This document shows positions 18,986 through 27,397 of a stretch of DNA of 64,000 nucleotides, one piece after another (the stretch's first letter is position 1; every line of letters begins with the position of its first letter). The notes beneath the pieces are model-generated. The model did not search any database, was not told the origin of the DNA, and worked only from the letters and a program-made list of their open reading frames with translations. Location of the stretch: the NCBI RefSeq assembly GCF_021246445.1, contig NZ_JAJQXW010000002.1, forward strand, positions 310,001 to 374,000, read 5' to 3'. Origin of the DNA: Rhabdothermincola salaria. GTDB lineage: Bacteria > Actinomycetota > Acidimicrobiia > Acidimicrobiales > Acidimicrobilacustridaceae. The position numbers and the translations under genes are program-made.

Positions 18986-19013
18986 ACAATAGCAGTATTT
19001 TGTTTCCTGTAAA
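18986..19013 (-). promoter_or_regulatory. sigma70-type promoter for leaderless dabB
   Basis: TTTACA-N16-TATTGT with TGn extension, 7 nt before ATG 18978, in a conspicuously AT-rich patch. Confidence 0.65.
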
Positions 19014-19097
19014 GTCTTGCTTGTGTTGCCAAAGGTCCTTCCGCACGACGACGGGGTGCCCTCGCCCCCGGCTCGGGACATCCCTAGGGTCGGAGAC

Positions 19098-19988
19098 ATG
19101 AGCGATGCACCTCCACCTCCGGCCGGTCCTCCTCTTCGCCGCCCGGTGGCCGTGGCCGTCGACGGATCCGAAGGATCCCGGATCGCCCTTCGCTGGGCGG
19201 CGGCCACGGCGACCGCGACGGGCACGAAGCTGCGGGTCCTGCGTTCCTGGGAGTACCCCTCCTCGCTGCCCCTCCCCTTCGCCGACCTCAACCCCAAGGC
19301 ACCCGAGACGATCGACGACGAGATCCTCGAGGAGCTGAGGGGCTTCGTCGACGAGACCTTGGGCGACACCCACGGTGCCGAGCTCTCGGTGCTGCGAGGG
19401 CCCGCCGCGGCTGCCATCCTCGGCGCGGTCGACGAGCGTCGGCCGTCCATGCTGGTCGTGGGCTCGCGCGGGCTCGGAGGCTTCCGCGGGCTCCTGCTCG
19501 GCTCGGTGAGCCGGAGGTGCCTCGAGTATGCGTCGTGCACCGTCGTGGTGGTTCCCGAGGGCACCACCCCCGCCGCCGGACTGCATCACCTGGTCGTCGG
19601 TCTCGACGGATCCGACGCCTCCGGCCTGGCTCTGCGATGGGCGCGCGACGTCGCCGTCGCCAGCGGGGCCGCCCTCACCGCCCTCCACGTGTTCTCGCCG
19701 CCCTTCGCCGAGATACCACCCCAGGTCGTCGCCGAGCTCCGTCAGGAAGCTGACCAGCAGGTCCAGCGGGCCATGGACCGCGCGGCCGTCGCCCCCGACC
19801 TCGTCACCGTCGAGGGTGATCCCCGTGACGCGCTGATGGGTTCTGCCCGGGAGCGTCAGGCGGATCTCGTCGTCGTCGGCGCCACCGGCGGCGGCTCGGT
19901 CAAGCACCTCCTCGGTGCGGTCTCTGCCCACCTGGCGGCCCACACGCCCCTCCCGCTGGCCGTGGTGCGCACCGACCTGGACGACTGA
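19098..19988 (+). CDS. Tandem-domain universal stress protein
   Basis: Two USP domains (VAVDGS...VVGSRGLGGFRGLLLGSVS; VGLDGS...VVGATG); TAGGGT 7 nt before ATG. Confidence 0.9.
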   Translation: MSDAPPPPAGPPLRRPVAVAVDGSEGSRIALRWAAATATATGTKLRVLRSWEYPSSLPLPFADLNPKAPETIDDEILEELRGFVDETLGDTHGAELSVLRGPAAAAILGAVDERRPSMLVVGSRGLGGFRGLLLGSVSRRCLEYASCTVVVVPEGTTPAAGLHHLVVGLDGSDASGLALRWARDVAVASGAALTALHVFSPPFAEIPPQVVAELRQEADQQVQRAMDRAAVAPDLVTVEGDPRDALMGSARERQADLVVVGATGGGSVKHLLGAVSAHLAAHTPLPLAVVRTDLDD

Positions 19989-20045
19989 CGTGCGCCAACT
20001 TCGATCACCTTCCCCACCAGGCCGCGAGCCGAACCCCGCAACCCG

Positions 20046-21464
20046 ATGAACCGCCGGGCACGCCTCTGGGTGAGCGCCCTCGCCTACGGGGCGCTCACCC
20101 TGGTCCCGCTCTTCGTGGTACACCTCGGATCCATCCCTCGGGAGCGTGGCTTCTGGATCGAGTTCGGTGTCGCCCTCGGCTTCGTGGGGCTCGCCATGCT
20201 CGGGCTCCAGTCGATCCTCACGGCGCGCTTCCCGCGCATCTCGGGCTCCCTCGGACAGGACGCACTCCTGCAGTTCCACCGCCAGGCCGGGCTCGTCGCG
20301 TTCGGCCTCATCCTGGCCCACCCGGTGATCCTCCTGGCGTCGAACTCCGCCTACTGGGCGTTCCTCGATCCCACGAAGGGGTTCCTGCGGGCGTTCTTCC
20401 TCTGGATCGTTTTGGCCGCCCTTCCGACCATCATCGTGACGGCCCTGTGGCGCGACCGGCTCAAGCTTCCCTACGAATGGTGGCGGCTCGGCCACGGCGC
20501 CCTCGCCATGCTCATCGTCCTCATCGGTCTGGTCCACATCACCAGGGTCGCCTACTACCTCGAGAGTGGATGGAAGCAGGCCCTGTGGGTCGGCATCGGA
20601 GCAGCATCCATCGGAAGCGTCCTGTACGTCCGCGCGCTCAAGCCGCTCCGCATACGCCGCCATCCCCACCGCGTCGACGAGGTCGAGGAGATCGCCGACG
20701 GGACCTGGGAGCTCTCGCTCTCAGCCGAGAGCGGCCGCACCGTTCGCTTCAGGGCCGGCCAGTTCGGCTTCCTCACCATCGCCGCCACCCCTTTCGACCT
20801 CGAACAGCACCCGTTCTCGTTCGCGTCCAGCGCCCGCGACACCGCTGGCGTGAGGTTCGCCATCAAGGAGCTCGGCGACTTCACCGCTGGCATCGGAGAC
20901 GTGGAGGTGGGGTCACGGGCCTGGGTCGACGGGCCCTACGGATCGATGGGGCTGCACGACCAGCGCCCGCCAGGCGTCGGACTGGTCGCCGGAGGCATCG
21001 GGATCACCCCGATCATCAGTGTCCTGCGAACCCTTCGCGACGAGGGTGCCACCCACCCAGTCGTGGTGATCTATGCCAACCAGCGCACCACGGACATCGC
21101 CTACCGTCGCGAGCTCGACGACTTGGCGAGCCAGCTCGATCTCACCGTCGTCCATGTCCTGGCCGACCCCGACGCCTCCTGGGACGGTGAGCGAGGGCTG
21201 GTGGATGCCGCCCTGTTGGATCGTCACCTTCCCGCTGACCGTCGAGCGCGGTGGCGCTACCTCGTGTGCGGCCCGCCCCCCATGATGGAAGCCGCCGAAA
21301 CCGCGCTCACCGACCTCGGGATACCCCTGGACCACATCGAGTCAGAGCGCTTCGACCTCGGAGCAGCGGCGTCGGTGGGCCGCCGAGCTGTCGGGATCCG
21401 CCGGATGGTGGTGGGTCTCAGCGCCGTGGTGGTGGCGGGCGCCGCCCTCTGGGCGGCGGTCTGA
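20046..21464 (+). CDS. Ferric reductase-like transmembrane domain + FAD/NAD-binding oxidoreductase (bacterial NOX-like)
   Basis: TM His pairs (FHRQ..LAHP; GHG..VHI), HPFSF, GPYG, AGGIGITP, CGPPPM and ERF. Confidence 0.85.
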   Translation: MNRRARLWVSALAYGALTLVPLFVVHLGSIPRERGFWIEFGVALGFVGLAMLGLQSILTARFPRISGSLGQDALLQFHRQAGLVAFGLILAHPVILLASNSAYWAFLDPTKGFLRAFFLWIVLAALPTIIVTALWRDRLKLPYEWWRLGHGALAMLIVLIGLVHITRVAYYLESGWKQALWVGIGAASIGSVLYVRALKPLRIRRHPHRVDEVEEIADGTWELSLSAESGRTVRFRAGQFGFLTIAATPFDLEQHPFSFASSARDTAGVRFAIKELGDFTAGIGDVEVGSRAWVDGPYGSMGLHDQRPPGVGLVAGGIGITPIISVLRTLRDEGATHPVVVIYANQRTTDIAYRRELDDLASQLDLTVVHVLADPDASWDGERGLVDAALLDRHLPADRRARWRYLVCGPPPMMEAAETALTDLGIPLDHIESERFDLGAAASVGRRAVGIRRMVVGLSAVVVAGAALWAAV

Positions 21465-21480
21465 CCCCCCTGGTCGGGGC

Positions 21481-21912
21481 TCACGGCGGCGCCGACGCCG
21501 TGGTCAAGAGCTCGATCAGGTTCCCGTCGGGGTCGCGGAGGTAGACCGACCGGCCCATGACACCGTTCGAGGCGGGGCGGTCCACCGGCCCCTCAACGAC
21601 CTCGACTCGGGCGGCCGCCAACCCGGCGAGGATCGACTCGACCGGGCCCCGACACCGGAAGCACAGGTCGGCCGAGCCGGCCACGGGTCGAACGGCGTGG
21701 GGCGCAGCGGGAGCGGCGACGGCGTGCACGCTGAGGCGCGACCCGCCCAGCTGCAACAGCGCCACCGGGATCACGCCGGAACGGCGGAGGTCGTCGTACA
21801 GGCGCTCGGCGCCGAGCACCCGTTCGTACCAGTCCAGCGTGACGTCGACGTCGGCCACGGTGATGGCCACGTGGTCGAGTCCCTCGACGCCGCCCGCGGG
21901 AACGCCGGTCAT
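21481..21912 (-). CDS. VOC/glyoxalase family protein
   Basis: LDHVAITVAD, GSADLCF and SVYLRDPDGNLIEL. Confidence 0.85.
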   Translation of the reverse strand: MTGVPAGGVEGLDHVAITVADVDVTLDWYERVLGAERLYDDLRRSGVIPVALLQLGGSRLSVHAVAAPAAPHAVRPVAGSADLCFRCRGPVESILAGLAAARVEVVEGPVDRPASNGVMGRSVYLRDPDGNLIELLTTASAPP

Positions 21913-22052
21913 GCCCCTACGACGCGCCGGTCGACGATCACCATCGGTCTCCCCCTCCGTGGACCGCCACCGTAGACGGCGGCCCCGACGCACGGCGGTG
22001 GGCGGCGGAGAACCGGCCCGAGGCCGAGGGGCGGCGGGTAGCGTCGCGACCG

Positions 22053-22928
22053 ATGCCGGACCACCGCGATGCCGCCGTTCGTTTCGAGTTCCCGGGAGTC
22101 GACGGCATCAACCTCGTCGGTGACCGCCGCGGCCCGACCGCCGGGCCACCGGTCGTGCTGCTCCACGGCGGCGGGCAGACCCGCCACTCCTGGGGCGGGA
22201 CGGCCCGTGCCGTCGCCGAGGCCGGCTGGCCGGCCATCACCCTCGACGCTCGCGGCCACGGCGAGTCCGACTGGTCCGAGAACGGGGACTACCGGCTCTC
22301 CAGCTTCGGCGCCGACGTGGCCGCGTTCGTCGCCACCCTCGACGCCTCGCCGGTGCTCATCGGCGCTTCGCTCGGAGGGCTCACCTCCATGTTGCTGGCC
22401 GGCGAGATGGTCCCCGGCGTCGCCCGCGGCGTGGTCCTCGTCGACATCATCCCCGACATGGAGCAGGCCGGCGCCGACCGCATCCAGGCCTTCATGGCCG
22501 AGCACGCCCGCACCGGCTTCGACTCCCTCGACGACGTGGCCGATGCCATCGCCGCCTACAACCCGCACCGTCCCCGTCCCACCGACCTGTCGGGGTTGGC
22601 CAAGAACGTGCGCGAGCGCGAGGGGCGCTTCTACTGGCACTGGGACCCCGCCTTCGTGGGCGGCACCGCCGATCTGCCACCCACCGAGATCGGCGACGTC
22701 GAACGTCTGCACCGGGCGGTGGCGACGCTGGTCGACACCACACCGGTGATGCTGGTGCGAGGCCGGGTGAGCGACCTGGTCAGCGAGACGCGGGCCCGGG
22801 AGTTCTGCGCGCGGTTCCCGACCGTGGAGTACGTCGACGTCGCCGGCGCCGGGCACATGGTGGCCGGCGACCGCAACGACGCCTTCACGAGGGCGGTCCT
22901 CGACTTCCTGGAGCGCCACGCCCGCTGA
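22053..22928 (+). CDS. Alpha/beta fold hydrolase
   Basis: LLHGGGQ, DARGHG, GASLGG and AGHMV motifs. Confidence 0.9.
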   Translation: MPDHRDAAVRFEFPGVDGINLVGDRRGPTAGPPVVLLHGGGQTRHSWGGTARAVAEAGWPAITLDARGHGESDWSENGDYRLSSFGADVAAFVATLDASPVLIGASLGGLTSMLLAGEMVPGVARGVVLVDIIPDMEQAGADRIQAFMAEHARTGFDSLDDVADAIAAYNPHRPRPTDLSGLAKNVREREGRFYWHWDPAFVGGTADLPPTEIGDVERLHRAVATLVDTTPVMLVRGRVSDLVSETRAREFCARFPTVEYVDVAGAGHMVAGDRNDAFTRAVLDFLERHAR

Positions 22929-22966
22929 GGTCCCCTCGCCCGGTGCGCGCCGGGCGAGGGTCGCCC

Positions 22967-24490
22967 TCACCCGACGACGTTGAACGTGGCGAACACCTCG
23001 TCGATCACGCCGAGGTCTGCCTCGGTCACCGCCTGCACGGCGACCACGAAGGTGAAGCCCGGGAACTCGGCGGCCTCGGTGACGAGCACCACGAACGCCG
23101 CCCCGTTGGGTCCGCACTGATCCCAGATCTGGAACAGACCGCTGAAGCGGTCGTCGGCGTACTCGGAGACACCGGCGTCCACGCACTCGCCCGGGGCAGG
23201 AGCGAACTCCGCCAGCGCCTCTCCGGGGCTGACGAGCGTCTCGCCGGCCACGAACACCATCCCCGGGGTGCTGTAGGAGGTCTCGAAGCTCTGGAGGTCG
23301 GGCGAGGCCGCCACCACCGGGATCGGCCCGCCGTCGTCGGCGGTGAGCGGGGAGGTGAGCACGTCGGCCCACTCGGTGGGCACGTCGACGGTGAGCGTGC
23401 CCGTGTCGTCGGTGATGGTGACGTAGGACGTGTAGGACGCGCCCTCGGACAGCTGGGCCTCCTCCTCCACCTCCCGAGCAAAGCTGTAGGCGGCCTCGAG
23501 TGCCTTCGAACCGTTGATCTCACCCCGCAGGACCTCCTCGCTGTCGAAGCGCAGCGCCTCGACGGCGATGGCCCCGCCGCCGGCGGTGCGCAGCACGTCG
23601 CAGTAGGCACGGAAGGTGCCGTCCTCGCCCATGGGCACGCCGTTGAGCGACGTGATGATGTCGCCGGGCAGCAGCGCCGCCGTCGCGGCCGGCGAACCGG
23701 GGGCCACCCCGGCCACCCAGATGCCGGTCAACCCGGTCTCCTCGTCGTCGACGGACCAACCGTTGACGCCGATGGACTCCATGTCGCCCTCCTGGAGCTG
23801 GTCGACCACCTCGGTCGCCAGGTCGGCCGCGATGGCGAAGAACTGGGCGGTGTCGGTGACCGCGCCGCCGGCGTAGTTCACCGCCACGACCTTGCCGGAC
23901 TCGTCCACCAGCGGTCCACCGGAGTTGCCCGGCTGGATGTTGGCGTCGTGCTCGATGGTGCGGTCGATCGACGAGGTGCCGGTGAGGTCGCCGTCAGCTT
24001 GGGCCTTGGCCACGATCCCCCGGGTGAGGGTGAACTCGGGGTCACCGAGGGGGAACCCGGCGGCGTAGACGTCGAGCCCGGTGCTGATCTCCTCGTCGTA
24101 CCACTCCAGGTAGGGGGTGGACTCCTCCACGTCGACCTGGATGAGAGCCAGGTCGTTGCACTCGGACACACCGACCACCTGGGCGTTGTAGCCCTGGCTG
24201 TCGTCGTCGCCGATGAAGACCTCGAGGGTTCCGGCCCCGGTGACCACGTGGTTGTTGGTCACCGCCAGGCCCTGATCGTCGATGAAGAAGCCGCTGCCGG
24301 TACCGGTCTCGGTGGCGAACCCCACCTCCGGGTCCCGCAGGGAACCTTCGGTCGTGATCCGGATGGTGGCCGACTCCACGTCGTCGACCGACCCCACGGC
24401 GCCCGAGCCACCCCCTCCACCGCAGGCGACGGCCGTCATCGCCGCCGTCACCGTCACTCCGGCGACCGTTGCCCGTCGCATCATCCCCAT
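22967..24490 (-). CDS. S1C (HtrA-like) serine protease lipoprotein with PDZ and an additional C-terminal domain
   Basis: TNNHV, DLA, IQPGNSGGPL; PDZ-like GSPAATAALLPGDIITSLNG; lipobox AVAC. Start is uncertain (24481-24523). Confidence 0.85.
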   Translation of the reverse strand: MGMMRRATVAGVTVTAAMTAVACGGGGGSGAVGSVDDVESATIRITTEGSLRDPEVGFATETGTGSGFFIDDQGLAVTNNHVVTGAGTLEVFIGDDDSQGYNAQVVGVSECNDLALIQVDVEESTPYLEWYDEEISTGLDVYAAGFPLGDPEFTLTRGIVAKAQADGDLTGTSSIDRTIEHDANIQPGNSGGPLVDESGKVVAVNYAGGAVTDTAQFFAIAADLATEVVDQLQEGDMESIGVNGWSVDDEETGLTGIWVAGVAPGSPAATAALLPGDIITSLNGVPMGEDGTFRAYCDVLRTAGGGAIAVEALRFDSEEVLRGEINGSKALEAAYSFAREVEEEAQLSEGASYTSYVTITDDTGTLTVDVPTEWADVLTSPLTADDGGPIPVVAASPDLQSFETSYSTPGMVFVAGETLVSPGEALAEFAPAPGECVDAGVSEYADDRFSGLFQIWDQCGPNGAAFVVLVTEAAEFPGFTFVVAVQAVTEADLGVIDEVFATFNVVG

Positions 24491-24571
24491 CTCACGCCTC
24501 CGCTCCGCAGATCGACCCTCCATCGGGTCGAGGCTGCGCCGACGGTACGGCCGAGCGGTTTCAGCGCTCTT

Positions 24572-25069
24572 TCAGTGACGTTTCACGCCGCCGTACTTCA
24601 TGCGGGTGTCGGCCATGGACGCGGCTCGACGCTCGTCGTCGTCGATGCCGGCGTCGACCACCTCGCCCACGAACAGGGTGTGGCTCCCGAGATCGAGGGT
24701 GTGGCGCACCTCGCAGTCGACCCAGGCGATCGCCTCCTCGAACACCGGGGCGCCGGTGCTGGCCGAGCGCACGGCGCGGCCGTTGAGGGTGTCGCCCTCG
24801 TCGGCGGCCGGTTTGGAGAACTTCACGAACACCCGCGTGTCGTCGGCGTCCCAGAGGTTGACCGTGAACGATCCGCCGTCGGTGATCAACCGATGGGTGA
24901 CCGCGGCGTTGTCGACGCCGATGCCGATGAGCACGGGCTCCATGGCCAGCTGGGTGATCCAGCTGGTGGTCATGGCGTTGCGCTCGTCACCCGCTCGGGA
25001 GCCCACGAGCGCCAGCGCGTTGGGGATCTTCCAGGTGACACGGTTGAGCAGCTCGTCGTCGAGGGCCAT
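24572..25069 (-). CDS. Flavin reductase family protein
   Basis: NAMTTSW, EPVLIGI, TGAPV and GSHTLFVGEV. Confidence 0.85.
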   Translation of the reverse strand: MALDDELLNRVTWKIPNALALVGSRAGDERNAMTTSWITQLAMEPVLIGIGVDNAAVTHRLITDGGSFTVNLWDADDTRVFVKFSKPAADEGDTLNGRAVRSASTGAPVFEEAIAWVDCEVRHTLDLGSHTLFVGEVVDAGIDDDERRAASMADTRMKYGGVKRH

Positions 25070-25135
25070 GGGCGCGATGGTAGGGGCATGCCGCGGTGAC
25101 GGCTCGGGCGATGGCCGCGTCGACCCGACGACGGT

Positions 25136-26218
25136 TCAGGGACGGGCAGGAGCCGACCGGCCGGATGCCCTCCCGGTGAGCACGGTGAGCACCACCGTCA
25201 CCACGGGGACGACGAGGGCCGCCAGCGCCACCCCGAGCAGGGTGAAGCCCACCCGGTAGGCATCGGCGCTCAGCGCAGTGCCGGCATCGGAGTCGAACAG
25301 CACCACCGCCGGGGTGAGCAACGCCACGGCCCGCCAGTAATGGTGCGGGTCGGGATCGAGGAAGAGCAGCAGGCTCACGACCAGGCAGCCCATCCCCAGC
25401 AGGTGCTGCACCCCCTCCCACGGCACCACCAGGGCGACGACCATGGCGATCAGCGCCCCGCCGACCGTCCCCACGGCGCGCTGAGCGGCCTTGATCCGAA
25501 CGGCGCGACGAGGCTCCTCGGGCCGCGCCGACATGGCCAGCACGTACAGCGTGAGCAGGAGCCAGGCGGCCAGCGGCAACCGGTACCACTCGAGCACGAC
25601 GAAGGTCGCCGTCGCCGTCGTGACCGCGAGGGTCCCGGCCAGCACCGCCGCAGACGAACGTTCGAGGCCGGGAAGAGGGACGCTCCGGGGCAGCGCGCGG
25701 GCCGTGACCTGCGACGACCACAGACCGGCGAGCAGGCCGACCACCAGGTTGAGCAGCACCACCCCACCACCGGTCTGCACCACCCGAACCAGCTCGACCT
25801 TGTCGGCCGGATCGACGGGTACCGGAGCCACCACCACGAACCCGGTGGTGATGCCGACGATGGCGTACCCCCGCATCCGGCCGAGGCGGGCCGCCGGGTA
25901 GGAACCGGCGCCCACCACCGCGATCCAGGCCGCCGCGGCCCACGGGTGGGGGCTCAGCACGGTGGCGACCGACATCGACCCCACCCCGACCGCGACGAGG
26001 ACCGCCCCCCACCGGGGCCCTTCGGTCATGGTGGCCTGCACCCCGAGCAGGCAGGCCAGGGTCACGACCATGGCGTTGACCTCGGTGCCGGCGAAGCCGG
26101 CCACACCCACCGGCAGCAACGCCAGGAGCACCACCGCCACGACCTGGGGCACCGCCTTCAGGTACCTCACCGCCGGCGCCGGGCCCGCCGGGCCGGGACG
26201 GGGCTCGGCCGTCGTCAT
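25136..26218 (-). CDS. FUSC-like membrane protein
   Basis: Polytopic; W.LLT, RAVGTVGGA and RVGFTLLG patterns. Confidence 0.7.
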   Translation of the reverse strand: MTTAEPRPGPAGPAPAVRYLKAVPQVVAVVLLALLPVGVAGFAGTEVNAMVVTLACLLGVQATMTEGPRWGAVLVAVGVGSMSVATVLSPHPWAAAAWIAVVGAGSYPAARLGRMRGYAIVGITTGFVVVAPVPVDPADKVELVRVVQTGGGVVLLNLVVGLLAGLWSSQVTARALPRSVPLPGLERSSAAVLAGTLAVTTATATFVVLEWYRLPLAAWLLLTLYVLAMSARPEEPRRAVRIKAAQRAVGTVGGALIAMVVALVVPWEGVQHLLGMGCLVVSLLLFLDPDPHHYWRAVALLTPAVVLFDSDAGTALSADAYRVGFTLLGVALAALVVPVVTVVLTVLTGRASGRSAPARP

Positions 26219-26245
26219 GACCGACAGTCTGGCCGGTGCGCCGAG

Positions 26246-26293
26246 CCCGGACGGCGGACCGGGCCACCCGACCCCCCGGTCCGGGCGTCCGGG
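26246..26293 (-). terminator. Long GC-rich hairpin after the O-methyltransferase stop
   Basis: CCCGGACG/CGTCCGGG and CGGACCGGG/CCCGGTCCG stems; no U-tract. Confidence 0.5.
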
Positions 26294-26300
26294 ACCGGGT

Positions 26301-26969
26301 TCAGCGGCGCTGGGCGACGGTCACCCCGTCGCCGAACGGCAACAACACCGACTGCACCCGGTCGTCGGCCACCACCATGTCGTTGAACGCCCGGATCGCC
26401 ACCACGTTGTCGTCGGCCACGGACGGGTCGACCACCCGCCCCCACTGCAGGGTGTTGTCGGCGAGGAGCAGCCCCCCGGGGCGGAGGCGGGGAACGATCT
26501 CGGCGTAGTAGTCGACGTAGGCGACCTTGTCGGCGTCCACGAAGGCCAGGTCGAGGCCGGGCTCGGCCGGGAGCGCCCGCAGGGTGTCGAGTGCGGGGCC
26601 GATGCGCAGGTCCACCCGGTCGGCCACGCCGGCACGCGACCACGCCTCGCGGGCGACCGACGTCCACTCCTCGCTGATGTCGCAGCACACCAGCCGACCC
26701 CCTGGAGCCAGGCCTCGGGCGATGGCCAGCGCCGAGGAGCCGGTGAACGTGCCCACCTCGACCGCCGAGCGCACGCCCATGGCCCGCGTCAGCACCTCGA
26801 GCAGCACCGACTGGTCGTCGCCGACCTGCATCACCGACCAGTCCGGGAAGCGCTCCTGGGTCTCGGCGTGCACCCACCGCTGCACGTCGTCGGCGGGGGT
26901 GACGTGCTCGGCGGCGTAGCGGGCCACGTCCGGGTCGAGGAAGTGGCTGCGCACGTGGGGCTCGGGCAT
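26301..26969 (-). CDS. Class I SAM-dependent O-methyltransferase (caffeoyl-CoA OMT-like)
   Basis: EVGTFTGSS, DLAFVDADK and DNTL motifs. Confidence 0.9.
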   Translation of the reverse strand: MPEPHVRSHFLDPDVARYAAEHVTPADDVQRWVHAETQERFPDWSVMQVGDDQSVLLEVLTRAMGVRSAVEVGTFTGSSALAIARGLAPGGRLVCCDISEEWTSVAREAWSRAGVADRVDLRIGPALDTLRALPAEPGLDLAFVDADKVAYVDYYAEIVPRLRPGGLLLADNTLQWGRVVDPSVADDNVVAIRAFNDMVVADDRVQSVLLPFGDGVTVAQRR

Positions 26970-27010
26970 GGGTTCTCCTCGGGTCGTGCGGAGGCCGGCT
27001 CGTAGCGTCG

Positions 27011-27397
27011 TCAGCGGTTCTCGGGGAGCGGGAGCAAGATGGTGAACTCGTTGCCCTCCGGGTCGGCCATGCGGCGGTGGGAGTCGCCGTCGGGTTCCTC
27101 GATGACGGCCACCAGCCGGCCGCCGAGGTCCTCGATGCGGGCCTGGGCCACGTCCATGTCCTCGACCTCGATGTCGGGGCGCAGGCGCATCGCCCCCGGC
27201 TCGCCACCGGCGGGCAGCGGCTGGAAGGCCAGGTACACCCCGCCGCGGTCCCGCTCCAGCTGGATCCAGTCCTGCTCGACCTCGTAGACGCCGACCCCGA
27301 GGACCGCCTGCCAGAAGGTCGCCAGGCGCTCGGGGTCCTGGGCATCGACGACGACGGCACGGAGCCACCCGACGGCCTCGGTGGTGGGTTCGGTCAT
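27011..27397 (-). CDS. VOC family protein
   Basis: VVVDAQDPERLATFW...ADPEGNEF; 4-nt overlap with the upstream gene. Confidence 0.85.
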   Translation of the reverse strand: MTEPTTEAVGWLRAVVVDAQDPERLATFWQAVLGVGVYEVEQDWIQLERDRGGVYLAFQPLPAGGEPGAMRLRPDIEVEDMDVAQARIEDLGGRLVAVIEEPDGDSHRRMADPEGNEFTILLPLPENR

